Shown here: piece after piece, positions 11,766 to 24,444 of the stretch
How positions within the stretch are numbered: position 1 is the stretch's first letter
How the letters are laid out: each line of letters begins with the position of its first letter
Assembly (NCBI RefSeq): GCF_000485595.1
Contig: NW_014577067.1
Span: 983,584-1,040,941, forward strand
Length of the DNA stretch: 57,358 nucleotides
Direction: 5' to 3'
From: Priapulus caudatus
Lineage: Eukaryota
The notes under the pieces: generated by a model
The model's input: the letters and a program-made list of their open reading frames with translations, nothing else
What the model was told of the DNA's origin: nothing
The model's database searches: none
Made by a program: the position numbers and the translations under genes

Positions 11766-13326
11766 GGACACTTACTTGGGTTTCTATCAGAATATATAAT
11801 AGAAATGCACGATCGAAGATTTTGTTCAATGTGATGATACAGCACGTTGTATAACATGCAGGATTAGTGAATATTTTCGGAAGTGGGTTGGCTGTTGTCG
11901 CATTAACTGCGCACGCATTAGCATAATCACGATGTGGGCGGATAATGGCAGAACTAAATTAGTAAACAGTCTGGAAATAGACAACCGCATTTGGATTTAG
12001 TTGGCAAATGATAATACAAGGTGTGGGTAAGTTAAAAGATATTACATTAAGGAATAAACATTCCGCTAGCGTAGACAACATAACGAAGGTCTTATCATAA
12101 CATAATTTACATCCGATTGAAAATTAGCCGTTGGCGACCGGAGCGCTTCGATCGCATGCACCGACGCTACACTGTGCAGGCAAGCATTGATTGACCCGCC
12201 TCCCCCCCCATCCCCCTAGCGCCTGTAACGCAACAACAGCTCGATTCACGCCCCTCGTCATCGCCAAACTGGAGTCAGTTTGATGTACTATCGAGACCAA
12301 AGCTGTTGCAATGCTAGAGCGCAATGCGGGCGTGGTTTCAGTTTATTGTATTAGGCCTACTGACTGTAGCCTCCCTTCGCGCATGACCAGTAACTTTCAC
12401 AAAATGGTTTCGTCGAAATTAGACATTCATTTCAGATACCTTTCCATGAAATTTGTAGTGAAAAACAGAATCCGGCTATAAATAAATTAATTCAAGAATT
12501 TATGTACGAGCATGAGCATAGATAGCTCTACCCGTGTTCACTGTAGCGGGAGCGACGGGCTATACGGGCAGAGCCAGGGCGTAGATAGACCTTCACTATT
12601 AGGGGCATAGACGAAACCGAAAACCAAAGACAAACAACAGAGCTATTCGGAGCTATGCGTTATTTTGCTCAAGAATAACTCGAGCTGAACGGATATTTTG
12701 GACAATATTTCACTGTGCTGCGATGGACTTAGCGTTGCTGCCACAGGGTGCTTCGAAAACTCTCACGTACTGTTAATACTGTTAGCGCTATTTCCAAATA
12801 CCGAGTGCATGGTTTTCGAGTTGCATTTCCTCGAGCAATTACCGACTCGGTTGACATGTTTGCAGTTTTGCCTTTACAGCTAATGTTTAGCAAACGTGCT
12901 GTTAATGGTATTTGGTAGATTTTCGGTGGCAGATTTTATTGCGAACACGTGCTAGAGATTTCGTGGATTGAAATCCTTGAGAAATACAAACTCGTCCGGC
13001 ATCTAATGATTATTATTTAGCAGTTAATTTCGTTAGCCGCATAACAAGTATTTCTGTAATCACCTACAGCATTACAAGGAATTTATAATAGGCTACAGTA
13101 AAAACGTTGTTTTATCGTAGTATCTAATGTTAGTAGGTCTAATGTATCACGACGCGCGGAAAATATCGTTCAGCGTATTTTGAGCTCATCGCGATAAAAA
13201 CGGAAAGAATATATTTCTTTAGAATGCTAGATGCACAGGTGCAGGTGAGCTACAAGCTACATTTTCTGTAGGAAGACGTATACTCATGCTTGCCAATCAT
13301 ATACGATAGCGACGTACGTATAGCAG

Positions 13327-13368
13327 CAAGAGTAGATAATAAAAGAGTAGTTATATTATCTACTCTTG
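13327..13368. mobile_element. 42-bp hairpin insertion (nano-MITE) with 7-bp TSD ATAGCAG
   Basis: CAAGAGTAGATAAT...ATTATCTACTCTTG flanked by ATAGCAG at 13320-13326 and 13369-13375. Confidence 0.8.
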
Positions 13369-13599
13369 ATAGCAGGATATGAATAATAGAGCCGATTGTG
13401 ATACCATGCATGTGTGCTATACGTACCCTGGTAACGCACGTATTGCTCTATGCTGCACGTTGCTAGTCATGTACTCCGGGGAACGATGCTAGCTGACAGT
13501 ATAAGCAGGGTTTCAGTGCGTGGATAGACTACAAACATTCTGCTTGTGAAACGAGGCTGTAGACCCATCTCACCGACATTAACGCGTTCCTTCCCAGTC

Positions 13600-13985
13600 T
13601 CTCAATCACTCGTACGCTTTCTCCCTTTCTTTTTCCCGCTCTCCCTTTGTCGTCTCTACACTCCTTCTTCATTCCTTCCGTCCTTCCTTTCTTTTTTACT
13701 GACGCTCTCCCTCTATCGTCCCTTCCTCGCCTTCCTTGTTTCCTTTTCTCCCCCCTCTCTCTCTCTCTCATTCCATCTACTTAACTCTCTCTTCTTCCAG
13801 CTCTCATTTCCATTCCTCTATATATATTCTTGCTTTCTCTCTTCCTTCCTTTCTTCCTACCCCCGACCTTTCAATTCCGATCCCTTCTATCAATTTACTC
13901 ATCCATCCATCCATTCATCCATCCATCCATTCATCCGTCCGTCCGTCCGTCCGTCCGTCCGTCCGCTCATCCATCCGTCATGCCT
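13600..13985. repeat. Pyrimidine-rich tract with (TCCA)n/(TCCG)n microsatellites
   Basis: CATC and CGTC tetramer runs at about 13895-13980. Confidence 0.85.
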
Positions 13986-14303
13986 TTCTTTCTGTATTCC
14001 GATTACGATCCCTTTATTCTCATTCACCTTCTTACGCACGCACGCGCGATCGTACATAACCGTATGTTTGTTGAAGGCAAACACAGCGACAGCTTACGAT
14101 GCCTATATGTTGCCAATTGCATAGTACATGAATGTTCGTGCTATAACAGGCATTACTCCACGAATTTATCTACGCGGGGATTCACCCGCACCACAAGATG
14201 GAGAAATGAAAAATATAGAAAACAAAACAATATGAAAATATTTTAGGAAAATAATAGTGTAAATTTGCGTTTAGTAATAACGGGCCCTTAGCCATCATCA
14301 CTA

Positions 14304-14560
14304 ACACACGCACGTGTACGTACACACGCACATACGCACGTACACACGCACACGCACACACGTGCATACGCACGCATGCACGCACGCACGTACACACGCA
14401 CACACGCGCATACACACGCGCATACACACGCACACACGTACGTACACACGCACACACGAACGTACACACGCACACACGTACGCACGCACGCGCCCACGAA
14501 CACACGCGCATGCACGCACGCAAACACGCACACACAAACACAAACACACACACACGCCCA
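14304..14560. repeat. Degenerate (CA)n/(CACG)n microsatellite
   Basis: Alternating purine-pyrimidine run. Confidence 0.9.
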
Positions 14561-15604
14561 TTCTTGCATTCATACACGCAGACCCTCACTGCAAGAATAC
14601 AAGTGTGAGAGGGATAATGCGGATGTAAAGCTAGCACGCATGTTGACGTGCGGTTCAAATGTTCAATTCATCATAACGTTATCCGCTGGGGCACGATTAC
14701 GAAAACAACGGCCGAGTGGCGAACGATAAATTGATAGGAAAACGCGTCGGCGAAGCCAGCGGCGTGCATTTGCGACAATGAGCGGTGACTCACACACTCG
14801 CAACTACTCGCTTTCCGTTGAAGCATGATAGACATTCCCCTCATGGCAAACGTCCCCAAATACATTGCGCATGGTTATGAGGATTCGATTTTATTGCCCT
14901 CGCGCGATGTATGGGGGGGGGGCAACTACCACAGGGGGAATAATGTCTGCCATGCTACCCAGGCTCGCCGGTGAGGTTTAGGGAAGCCAGCTGTATTTCC
15001 CTGTCAACAACGGCTGAACAACGTTTCGAATGGCCCCGTGTGTACGCGTTTGATCGATCCGAGAGGCATCGGTACAACCGTGAGCTTATTTTACGACCGC
15101 ATGACACACCGGCAGGATCCGACAAGCTAATTACCCACCACAAATCTGCCGAAGGCCGACGGTCGGCATTCTAGCATTATCGAGTCCCTTCGTGTCCTTC
15201 GTGCGCCGAACAGAATCGGCCAACATACACGCTTTGACGCGGCTTCGTCAGAAAGCTCGCATCGCGCGTGTAGGATATGTAAGCTATGTAGGAGGAGGGG
15301 TTTCCGCGCGCGCGCTCGTTAGTTCACGTTTACGATGCATGTGATACATCCGACACTGACATTAAAACAAACCGTCTGTGTGTTGCGTTAAACATTTACG
15401 GGCTGAGAGTTGGGCTAGTTCGTGATCCTGTATAGGAACTGCGATGCGAAACGTGTGTGGAATTGAAACGCCGCGGCTGTGAGTGGGCAAACTTGTCGTT
15501 ACGGGTTTACACTGCGCTGACTTCGTCACAGAAATTATACTCTCTTGCTCGCTTTTTTTGTTTCGTTTTCACTCTCACTTATACTCTGCTCGTCCCCTCT
15601 CCCT

Positions 15605-15875
15605 GTGCGTGCGCGCGCGCGTGTTTCTGTGTGGATTTCTGTATGTGTGCTTGGTGGGTGTGCGTGTGTCGGGGTATGTATATACGCTTGTGCGCGTGTG
15701 TGCGTGTGAGTGCAAGTGTTTGCGTGTGCAGGCGTGTGTGCGAGCGCGTTTCTCTGTGTGTGCGTGCGCATGTGTTTGCGTGTGTGCGTGTGAGTGTGTG
15801 GGTACGTCCATCGGCGCGCACGTATTGCGTTTGCGTGCGTGTGTCGTGTGTATGCATGCATATACGCGCGCGAGC
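15605..15875. repeat. Degenerate (GT)n/(GTGC)n microsatellite
   Basis: Alternating purine-pyrimidine run. Confidence 0.9.
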
Positions 15876-17205
15876 TTCTGCGTTGTATTCCCCATTACGG
15901 GGCTGCCAATGCGACACGCGCGTGCAGAAATTTGCGTGTGCCTCACTCACCCAATTCCCATTCTTGGCACTGCGTTTTGTCATCGCTCCAAACGTGCCTC
16001 ACCATACAGATCAATGAATTCCGCCATATTATCTTCATAATGGGTACAGAATTTGGTGGGAACGCGTGGAAGCGCATAGCCGATCCGCAATGACCCAGAA
16101 TGTGTGTTTTGTGAAGGCATGCGACGATCTATATTCTACAGGGCGAAAGGGCAGCGCGTAATACCGAGACTAGCTAGAGGATTTAGCCGCACACACTAGA
16201 ACTACTGAAGTCCTGAAGAACTGAATGCTTGTTCCACAGATGTGAGAGAGAATTTACATTCACTATAGATGTAGATGCTGCCGCTGAGTCCGGGAGCGAT
16301 GGAGTCATACCCTGCACTGAGAGTTAAAGTTTTTTTCTTTGCTGATTCTTGTAGACTAGGTGTTGGTCTTCACTTTCTAGGTGAATGACTACCCGTCACC
16401 CTTGAGCAATTTTCTATATTAACCCTTTTGTGTTGAGAGCGTCAACTCAAAAATTGGCGAAAAATTAAGAGTGGGGAAAACAAAAATTCTACTAGATCTG
16501 TTGTTTTTAAAGCTAATGGATCATGTGATCACTCAACATGTTGGTATTTAAGAGCTCTCTCTAATGATAGGTGAATAATAAGGTCACTTAAGGTCAAAAT
16601 GTCACAAATGTTTGACCTTCCTCGAAATCTTAAATATTGCTTTTAGCACCCCTGCCTTGGCCAAGAACAGGCTATAATAGTGCTTTTTACCCCTAAATTT
16701 GTTCAAGGAGATGCCCTGCTATCATTTTAAACCGCCAATCAAAGATGTTGAATTTTGACCAACCTATTACAAAAGAAAGACAAGTGATGTGCTAAAATAG
16801 CTGTTTTTATTACCCAAAAGTTGATAACGCTTACAGTAATCAGATCTGTCGATCTAGAGCAACCATTGCTCCACCACATATTGCAATGGGGAAAGTCAAG
16901 AGGCTTAGTCCTAGATTTTGACATATTTTGCCAAACTTACAGGGTCAAAGGTCATACAAGTACACAGTTAACTGCAGTCAGTTGTTTCGATGAACTGACT
17001 GGCATCATTTTAAATAACCAGCCCATAGGTAGCTCCATTATATTTCGTTTAAAAAAAAAATGAATTCTCATTAATACTTGATATTTTTATAAACTAGGCA
17101 TGCTCTATGTCAAATGTTGGCACTCGTCTACTATTGTCTCAGGCGAAATAAAGAATATGGTAGTCCCATTTTTGGTAAGAAGTGTTTCAGTTCCAACTCT
17201 AACCA

Positions 17206-18930
17206 TCAGCCCTTTCTAGAACAATCAATGCTGTAGCAAGCACAAAACATTGTGCATGGTAAGTGAACAACATCTTTGCATGAACACTTTCTTGAGCATA
17301 GACGATCACCAGAACAACCACATTTCATCAAGCGAAGGATATATTCTGGGGCACAAAAGGCATTTTCTGGAAGCGTGACATGTGTGAGTGTCTTTGTGTC
17401 CTTTTCCCTCATCCATCCAAATTCCTCTGGGTCCAACAGAGGGGGATTGTTTTCCTAAAATGATCGCCAAAGAATGGCTTGGTAGTGTGCACGTTTTGCA
17501 TTCTTTAAGAATGCTTCAGTCGTAGGTGGCAGTGAACATAGTTTGGAAGACGAAGTGACGCCCTTGCCATTTTTAGCAGCCCAAAGCTGAATGCGAACCT
17601 GTGACATGTCCACAGCATTTTTCTTGCCATAGCAAGCTGATACGAATGTTGTGGCTTGGTTGTAAACATCAGCAAGTTCAGCAGTTACGTCACCAACTGC
17701 AGACAAGGTGTGGCCAGCCCTAAGGACTCTGATTACAGTTTCTTTACCAATTCCGAAGTATGTGGCAACCGTGTCGCAACCTGAAAGAGCGTGAGCTTGA
17801 AGGAGATTTTAAGCGATCATCTGGTGTTTTTTTTGCTGTCTCACCAATGTCAATCACCGTGCTACCTTTCACTGGTGATTCCATGATGACTGGGACTTTG
17901 AGGTCACTTCGATCATAATAGTAGACTAGTAGAAAAACACATCTGTGTCATCAGACATCACTGTAATGGATTTCCCTTCTCTACTGTACCGCAATACCTG
18001 TTGGACAATAATATTGTCCGCTTCCTCATGGGTCGTTGTGAGGTCATGACGTCTTCTGATCCCATCATTTTGAATTTCAAGTGGAGTGTTTCTTTCCGCT
18101 GTGATAACTAGCTTGTGTATGCAGGTGCTGTTTGTGTGGAAGATGCTGTCCTGAGACAGTTCATCATAGATGATCTGGATGATCTGTTTCTTGTTTTCAG
18201 TGACAGTCATTCCAACTTTCTGGGCTGGCAGGGTTGTCTTAAGCTTAAGATGAAAGACTCTACTGGCGCCGGCCTCTCTTCCTCTCCTGGCCACAGATTT
18301 CGTGCGAAAATTTCTGTAATGGTCGAATACTAGGTACACCTCATAATCCTTCAAGAGTCTTTGAATACGTTCCTTCACATTTGAAACATAATCTTCAACT
18401 GTACCAGCCTCGAGCGAGTGGAGCACCCAAAGCAAAGCAGAACCATCTATCACCATCACATCAGTCATGCCTGTTTTTCTACTCGATACTTCTACTTGGA
18501 GACTCTTCTTTAGCTGTGACTTGTTTGTGGCAATCCTCATCCCATCATGCAGTGGTAAACATCAATGTTGGCACTGGTGCAAGTTCATGGGAGAGAACAT
18601 GCTTGATATCAATATCCCGCGAACTGGATAACAGACCAATAACCCGTGCATAAATGGCATTTAAGTCCGTAATCTTGTTGTCCCCAATGGATACTCCCTG
18701 CTTCCTCACAGTCATTGTAAAAACTTTCTTGGGAATGGTTCCATAAAACCCGTCTGGCCATTTTGTTTCAAATTCCTCCATCTGTTTCTTTCAAATATGA
18801 ACGGAGTTCTGGACATTGACCTCAGCTTTGCCAATTTGCCCAGTTAATTTACGATATTCACTTATTCCTCTCTGGTGGTTTGCAGGTCGCATGAGGTCAA
18901 GTGCACATGCTCGTACATTTCTGCGGATAA
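17206..18930 (-). pseudogene. Disrupted C-terminal part of an Academ protein: XPG/FEN1-like (PIN + H3TH) nuclease and Cys-rich (CXC/Cys8) finger
   Basis: Motifs in order: VMVIDG, VYLVFD, HEEAD, SDDTDV, HALSGCDT..FGIGK, LPPT, CGC..CSRKCSC..LPCTMFCAC. Broken by stops and frameshifts into ORF pieces 18545-18781, 17926-18540, 17455-17706 and 17206-17436. Confidence 0.85.
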
Positions 18931-19330
18931 CAAGTTTTGTGCTTGCTACATGCTTGATTGTTCTAGAGAGTGGCTGATTGGTTAGAGTTGGAACTGAAAA
19001 CACTTATTACCAAAAATGGGACCTAACCAATATCTTTATTTTGGGCCTGAGACAATAGTAGACGAGTGCCCACAGCAGTTTGTACATAGAGCATGCCTAG
19101 GTTTTAGGAAAATATCAGTATTCGATATGATAATTCATTTTTTTTTAAACATGAAATAATAATGGAGTAACCTATGTGGCTGGTTTATTTGAAAATGATG
19201 CCCGACAGTTCATCAAAACAACTGACTGACAGTTAACGCGTGCACTTGTATGACCTTTGACCCCTGTACGTTTTGGCTAAAATATTCGCCACAATCTGAG
19301 ACTAAGCCTCTTGATTCCATTGCAGATTGG

Positions 19331-20089
19331 ACGGGGCGCCATGCAGGACAGGCATTTTTGTCAACCTATAAACCTTGAGCAAAAATGACTTTTGTGAGAA
19401 CAAAACTCAATTCTGGTCAATCCTTGTCCCACAAAACTCAATTTTGTGAACACAAAACTCGTTCTGTCAATTCCTGTCCAACAAAACTCATTTGTGAACA
19501 CAATCTACATTCTGTCAATCCTGTACCACAAAACTCAATTTGTACTAACATCAAAACTCAACTTCTGTCAATTCCGGTTAAAAATAATTTTGGTACCACA
19601 AAACTCATTCTGTCGAACGCGGTTTCACAAAACTCAATTTTGTTGCCCAATATGCACACGCATGTCCAGAAGGGCTATCCATTGGTCAGGAAACTGGGCC
19701 TGGGAGAAATGTGTCATGGTCGCCATTCTGTTTTCTTTCTGACGCAATGGTAGCCTCTTCTTACATGCGTGTGGCCATATTTGGGCTAACAAATCGAGTT
19801 TTTGTGAACGGTTCGACAGATTTGAGTTTGTGTTTAGAAATTGAGTTTTGTGGGACAGGGATTGACAGTAAGTTTGAGGTTTGTGTTCACCAAAATTGAG
19901 TTTTGTGGGACAGGACTTGACGAATTGAGTTTTTGTGGGACAGGATTGAGCAGGAATTGAGTTTTTGTGTTCACAAAATTGACGTTTTGTGAGATCAGAA
20001 GTTGAAGTTGTGTGCACAAAATGAGTTTTGTGAGACAGAATTGAGTTTGTTAGACCAAAATTGAGCGCCCTGTCCTGCATGGCGCCCGT
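19331..20089. mobile_element. Foldback-like MITE nested in the right arm of the Academ element
   Basis: TIRs ACGGGGCGCCATGCAGGACAGG / CCTGTCCTGCATGGCGCCCGT; arms built from CACAAAACTCAATT-type modules in opposite orientation around a short spacer near 19695-19735. Absent from the matching left arm (empty site about 16871-16890). Confidence 0.85.
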
Positions 20090-21074
20090 AATATGTGGTG
20101 TGAGCAATGGTTGTCTAATCGACTAAATCTGATTACTGTAAGGCGTTTATCAATCTTTTGTGACACTAAAACAGCTATTTTAGCAGCATCACTTGACTTT
20201 CTTTTGTAATAGGTTGTCAAAATTCAACATGATTTGAATTGGCGGTTTAAAATGATAGCAGGGCATCTCCTTGAACAAATTTAGGGTAAAAGCACTATTA
20301 TAGCCTGTTTCTTGCCAAGGCTAGGGGTGCTAAAAGGCAATATGTTCAAGATTTCGAGAAAGGTCAAAATGGTGACTTTTTGACCTTAGTGACGCTTATA
20401 TTCAACTATCATTAGAAAGGAGCTCTAAATACCAACATTTGAGTGGTCACAATGATCCATTAGGCTTAAATAAACGACAAGATCTAGTAGACTTTTTTGT
20501 TTTCCCACCCTTAATTTTTCGCATGCAATTTTTGAGTTGACGCTCTTCAAACACAAGAAGGGTTTAATAGCAGTAAAATTGCTCAAGGGTGACGGTGTCA
20601 TCCACCTAAAAAGTAAAGAGCGCAACACACTAGTCTATCAAGAATCAGCAAAGACAAAACTTTAACTCTCAGTGCAGGGTTCCGCCAAAATCGGGGTTTG
20701 GCTTCCCCGGACTGTGTTTGGCAAAGGCATGCTGCGAATGATCTATTTACTACGCATCGTATCGTCGCGATATCTAATTCTCTCTCTCTCATCTCTCATC
20801 TCTCTTCTCTCTCTCTCTCTCTCTCGTCATCTCTCTCTCTCTCGTCCTCTCCCAAGCTCTCGTCTCTCTCTCGCTCTCTCTCATCTCTCTATATAGTATA
20901 GTATATATATTTATTACTATATACCTACATATCACGAGGGTCCTTGGTCGCATGCTTTGTTAATAATGAAGCCCCACTTACACGTATAATGCTTGAATTT
21001 TAAACTTGTTACCGACATAAGTATGAGTAGGATTCGAAATGCACTACATGTAGATACTGTCTCTGATTTAACAC

Positions 21075-21209
21075 GTTGAGAGAAAGAGCCGCGTGAGCGA
21101 GGGGAGAACGAGGGAGAGGGGAACGAGGGGAAAAACTGTCATGGTAAGCTGGGCGAGAGAGAGAGAGAGAGAGACAGAGAGAGAGAGAAAGAGAGAGAGT
21201 AAGAGATGT

Positions 21210-21275
<66 letters not shown>

Positions 21276-21624
21276 TGAGAGAGCGATGAAAGAGAGAGAG
21301 AGAGAGAGACAGAGAGAGAGAGAGAAGAAGAGACAAGAGAGAGAGAGAGGAGAGAATGAGAGAGAGAAGAAAGATGAGGAGAGAGCAGAACGAAGAGACG
21401 AGAGAAGAACAGAGAAAGGAAGAGAGTAGACCGAGCGTCGATGCGAGACGACGAGACGAGAGAGACGAACAGAGAGAGAGAGAGACGAGGACAGAGAGCG
21501 AGCGAGAGAGCAGGGAGGAGAGAGAGAGACAGAGAGCTAGCCGAGAGGGACGAGTGAGAGAAGAGAGAGAGATGAGAGAGAGAGAGAGAGAGGAGAGGTG
21601 AGAGAGAAAAGAAACGCAGCGAGC

Positions 21625-21657
<33 letters not shown>

Positions 21658-21749
21658 TAGGAGAGCGAGCGAGGAGAGCCAGAGAGAGGGAGAGCGAGAG
21701 CGAGACAGAGAAGAGAGAGAAAGAGAGAGCGAGAGAGAGAGAGAGAGAG

Positions 21750-21820
<71 letters not shown>

Positions 21821-21830
21821 CAGAGAGAGC
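21075..21830. repeat. Long degenerate (GA)n microsatellite
   Basis: About 750 bp of GA-rich run. Confidence 0.95.
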
Positions 21831-22040
21831 ACTACAGTATTTGTTTTGTGAAGGAACGCACGCTACAAGTCCATTCACGACGCAGCGCAGCGCCTTGCTG
21901 TCGCGACCGATTGATGATGAGAACACGAGCTTCACGCACGCTACTACATGAAGCCCGCTATACCGACACAGGTATACGAAAAGGAATCTATTATCGCTGT
22001 CACTGAAGCCGCGCGGAGACTCTCGCAATGTTGCACCTAC

Positions 22041-22095
22041 CTGCGCATATGAACCAGGCGACCTGGTAGGCGACGACCAGCGCGGGGGGCACCAT
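22041..22095 (-). CDS. Probable start-codon/signal-peptide exon of the LDLa-domain gene (exon 22041-22146 including 5' UTR)
   Basis: Acceptor ctctctacccgtgtag, in-frame upstream TGA, strong context gctacgATGG, hydrophobic MVPPALVVAYQVAWFICA, phase-1 donor G|gtaggt. It joins in frame to the phase-1 LDLa exon at 4549. Confidence 0.55.
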
Positions 22096-22156
22096 CGTAG
22101 CCGTATGCAGCGGTAGCGACGTCACAACGCAGTTTCAGGCCAGATCCTACACGGGT

Positions 22157-22171
22157 AGAGAGAGAGTGAGC

Positions 22172-22238
<67 letters not shown>
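22157..22238. repeat. (GA)n microsatellite
   Basis: GA run; forms the polypyrimidine tract of the minus-strand exon ending at 22146. Confidence 0.9.
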
Positions 22239-22239
<1 letters not shown>

Positions 22240-22539
22240 AGGCCCTCTCTATGCACAGGTGCACATGCACACGCAGCAGTGGTAACAGCAGCAGCAGTTC
22301 TTGCACTGCGGTAGGGGGAGATAGAGCACGCGCTCTACGTAAAGACGCACAAGCACACGCCAGTATAAGTAGCAGCAGCTGCAGGCAGCGCCACTGCCCA
22401 GGCCCTACACTGGTAGGGAACAGGCAGGTTCTTCCTTATATTTATGCCAGCAGCAGCATGCAGCGCGCACTAGCAGCAGCTAGCGGCGGCCAGCAGCAGC
22501 GGGCGACAACAACAACAACAAGCAGCCACTTGTAGCGGC

Positions 22540-22569
22540 GGAATAGAAGTAGAAGTAGTAGTAGTAGTC

Positions 22570-22613
<44 letters not shown>

Positions 22614-22837
22614 CAACAGCAGCAGCTGTAGTAGTAGTAGTAATCTCTAGTAGCAGCTGCTACTACGGAGGCAGGAACAGGACACAGCCGTAGTAGTAGT
22701 AGCAGCAGCAGCAAACAACAACAACAGAGAGACAGCAGTATCAGCAGTAGTCAGCAGTAAGTAGTAGCAAGCAGCAGCAGGCAGTAGTACTCAGTGAGAA
22801 AAAAGAAAAGAAGAAGTAGTAGTAGTATAGTAGTAGT

Positions 22838-22878
<41 letters not shown>

Positions 22879-22970
22879 TAGTAGTAGAGCAGCAGCAGTC
22901 AGCACAGCAGCCAGCAAGCAGAGCAGCAGTAGTAGTAGTAGTATAGTTGTAGTAGTAAGTAGTAGTAGTA

Positions 22971-23002
<32 letters not shown>

Positions 23003-23153
23003 TAGTAGTAGTACGTAGTAGTAGTAGTAGTAGTAGTTGTAGTAGTTTTGTTGTTGTTGTTGTTGTTGTTGTTGTTTGTTGTTGTTGTTGTTGTTGTTGT
23101 TGTAGCCAGTAGTAGTAGCAGCAGCAGAAGCAGCAGCAGTAGTAGTAGTAGTA

Positions 23154-23184
<31 letters not shown>

Positions 23185-23257
23185 GCAGCAGCAGCACAGC
23201 AGCAGCAGCAGCAGTAGCAACAATAACAACAACAACAACAACAACAGGCATGCAGCA

Positions 23258-23289
<32 letters not shown>

Positions 23290-23300
23290 AGGAGCAGCAA
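22540..23300. repeat. Compound trinucleotide microsatellite (TAG)n/(TTG)n/(CAG)n/(CAA)n
   Basis: Successive blocks of GTA, GTT, GCA and ACA triplets. Confidence 0.95.
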
Positions 23301-24225
23301 CCGCTAACAGCTCCACTTATGATCAGGGGCCGTGCGGATCTCTGAACGCCGACCTGACAGCACCAATCAATACGAGTAATATGTGCGTGAGAAACCATTG
23401 CGGGTCTCTCTGGCTGATCAATGTTTGTTTGCTAGCGGGAGAAGATACATACGCACGCACGCACGCACGCGTAAACACGCACGCACGCGCATACACGCAC
23501 ACACGCACGCGCGCACGCCATTTCAATACCTCAATGAATTCACTTTCACCTGCGACCTCACAAAACAAATTGACGGGAGTTATCGGTTACGCTATTACGT
23601 GAAATAAACATATCTGGTAGTATGCGTGTTGTATATCAATGAAGCAATTACTCTAAGATCTCCCATGCACCCTGTTGCAGGGGAGTGAGGCTATCAGAAG
23701 GGGGTAGGCGGTTATTTGCGGGACGCTGGATTGGCCCAGTTTAATTATCTGGGAACCGGGAAATACCAGATACAATTTTTCCGGATTCGGGAATATAAGT
23801 CAACCGGGATGCGGGAAAGACGAAATTGCGATTTTAAACCGGGAACTGGTAAATTGTTTGTTTCTACATTAAATCTGGGAACTGGCCGCTCTTCCCCATC
23901 TCCCCTAGTGTAACGGAGATATTGCGGCTTGTTCACGTCACATCGAAGCTGTCGGTTTTTCGCTCGTTCTGATAACCGCGGTCAGCGACGTGGAATGTGA
24001 TTTCCCCATTACGCTGTCAGGGTGGTCCTAATGGCAGCGGAGGCAGCGCACTTTCGGGCATAATGTCTCCATTCGGCGATATGCACGTCACAATACTGAA
24101 GTATAGATTCGTGCTGTCACCAATAATGGCTTAATTTGCCGAGGAGATCGCAGGTGGCGCCACGGTACGGTAGTATTGCTCACAAACCATCACAGAGACC
24201 CGTGTGCATGTCCGGTAGGGGAGCA

Positions 24226-24233
24226 TGACGTCA
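24226..24233. promoter_or_regulatory. Palindromic CRE motif TGACGTCA in a CpG-rich region upstream of the LDLa gene
   Basis: Exact octamer. Function is inferred only from its position upstream of the minus-strand start exon. Confidence 0.25.
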
Positions 24234-24246
24234 GTATGATAAATAT

Positions 24247-24444
24247 AGGCGCGTTCACACGGACGTTTTTGGCCCGAGCCTAATCTGTGAGATATTTGAA
24301 TTGTGCAATAAAATTTATTTGAATTTGAATTTGAATTTGACAGACAGTATTCACTTGCGTACGTGTGAACGCTCCGACTCAAACCGGCCCGAGCCAAATT
24401 TAGCCCATTTGGCTCGAGTCAAACAATGACCGTGTGAACGCGGT
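24247..24444. mobile_element. PIF/Harbinger-like MITE
   Basis: Inverted ends GGCGCGTTCACACGG / CCGTGTGAACGCGG in an AT/TA context. Confidence 0.6.

Larger units (their letters stand above)
16309..20680 (-). mobile_element. Academ (AcademX-type) DNA transposon derivative with about 940-bp inverted arms
   Basis: Ends ACCCTGCACTGAGAGTTAAAGTTTT / AAAACTTTAACTCTCAGTGCAGGGT. Arm 16309-17248 is an inverted match to 18934-19325 plus 20090-20680. Encloses an XPG-like + Cys-rich ORF remnant. No clean TSD. Confidence 0.75.

Noticed and set aside
15952..16077. Minus-strand ATG-initiated segment ending at a gtgagt donor in phase 1 (MRFHAF...QEWELG)
   Set aside because: No signal-peptide character or homology; the 22041-22095 exon is a better start exon. 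Not excluded as a minor alternative exon.
16084..16308. Loose similarity to sequence right of the Academ element (about 20700-20760 and 21835-21990)
   Set aside because: Too degenerate to call a duplication by eye; could be noisy gap-fill and needs an alignment.
21068..23602. ORFs rich in SL/RE, poly-L, poly-Y, poly-C and poly-Q
   Set aside because: Translations of (GA)n and trinucleotide microsatellites; no domain or splice support.
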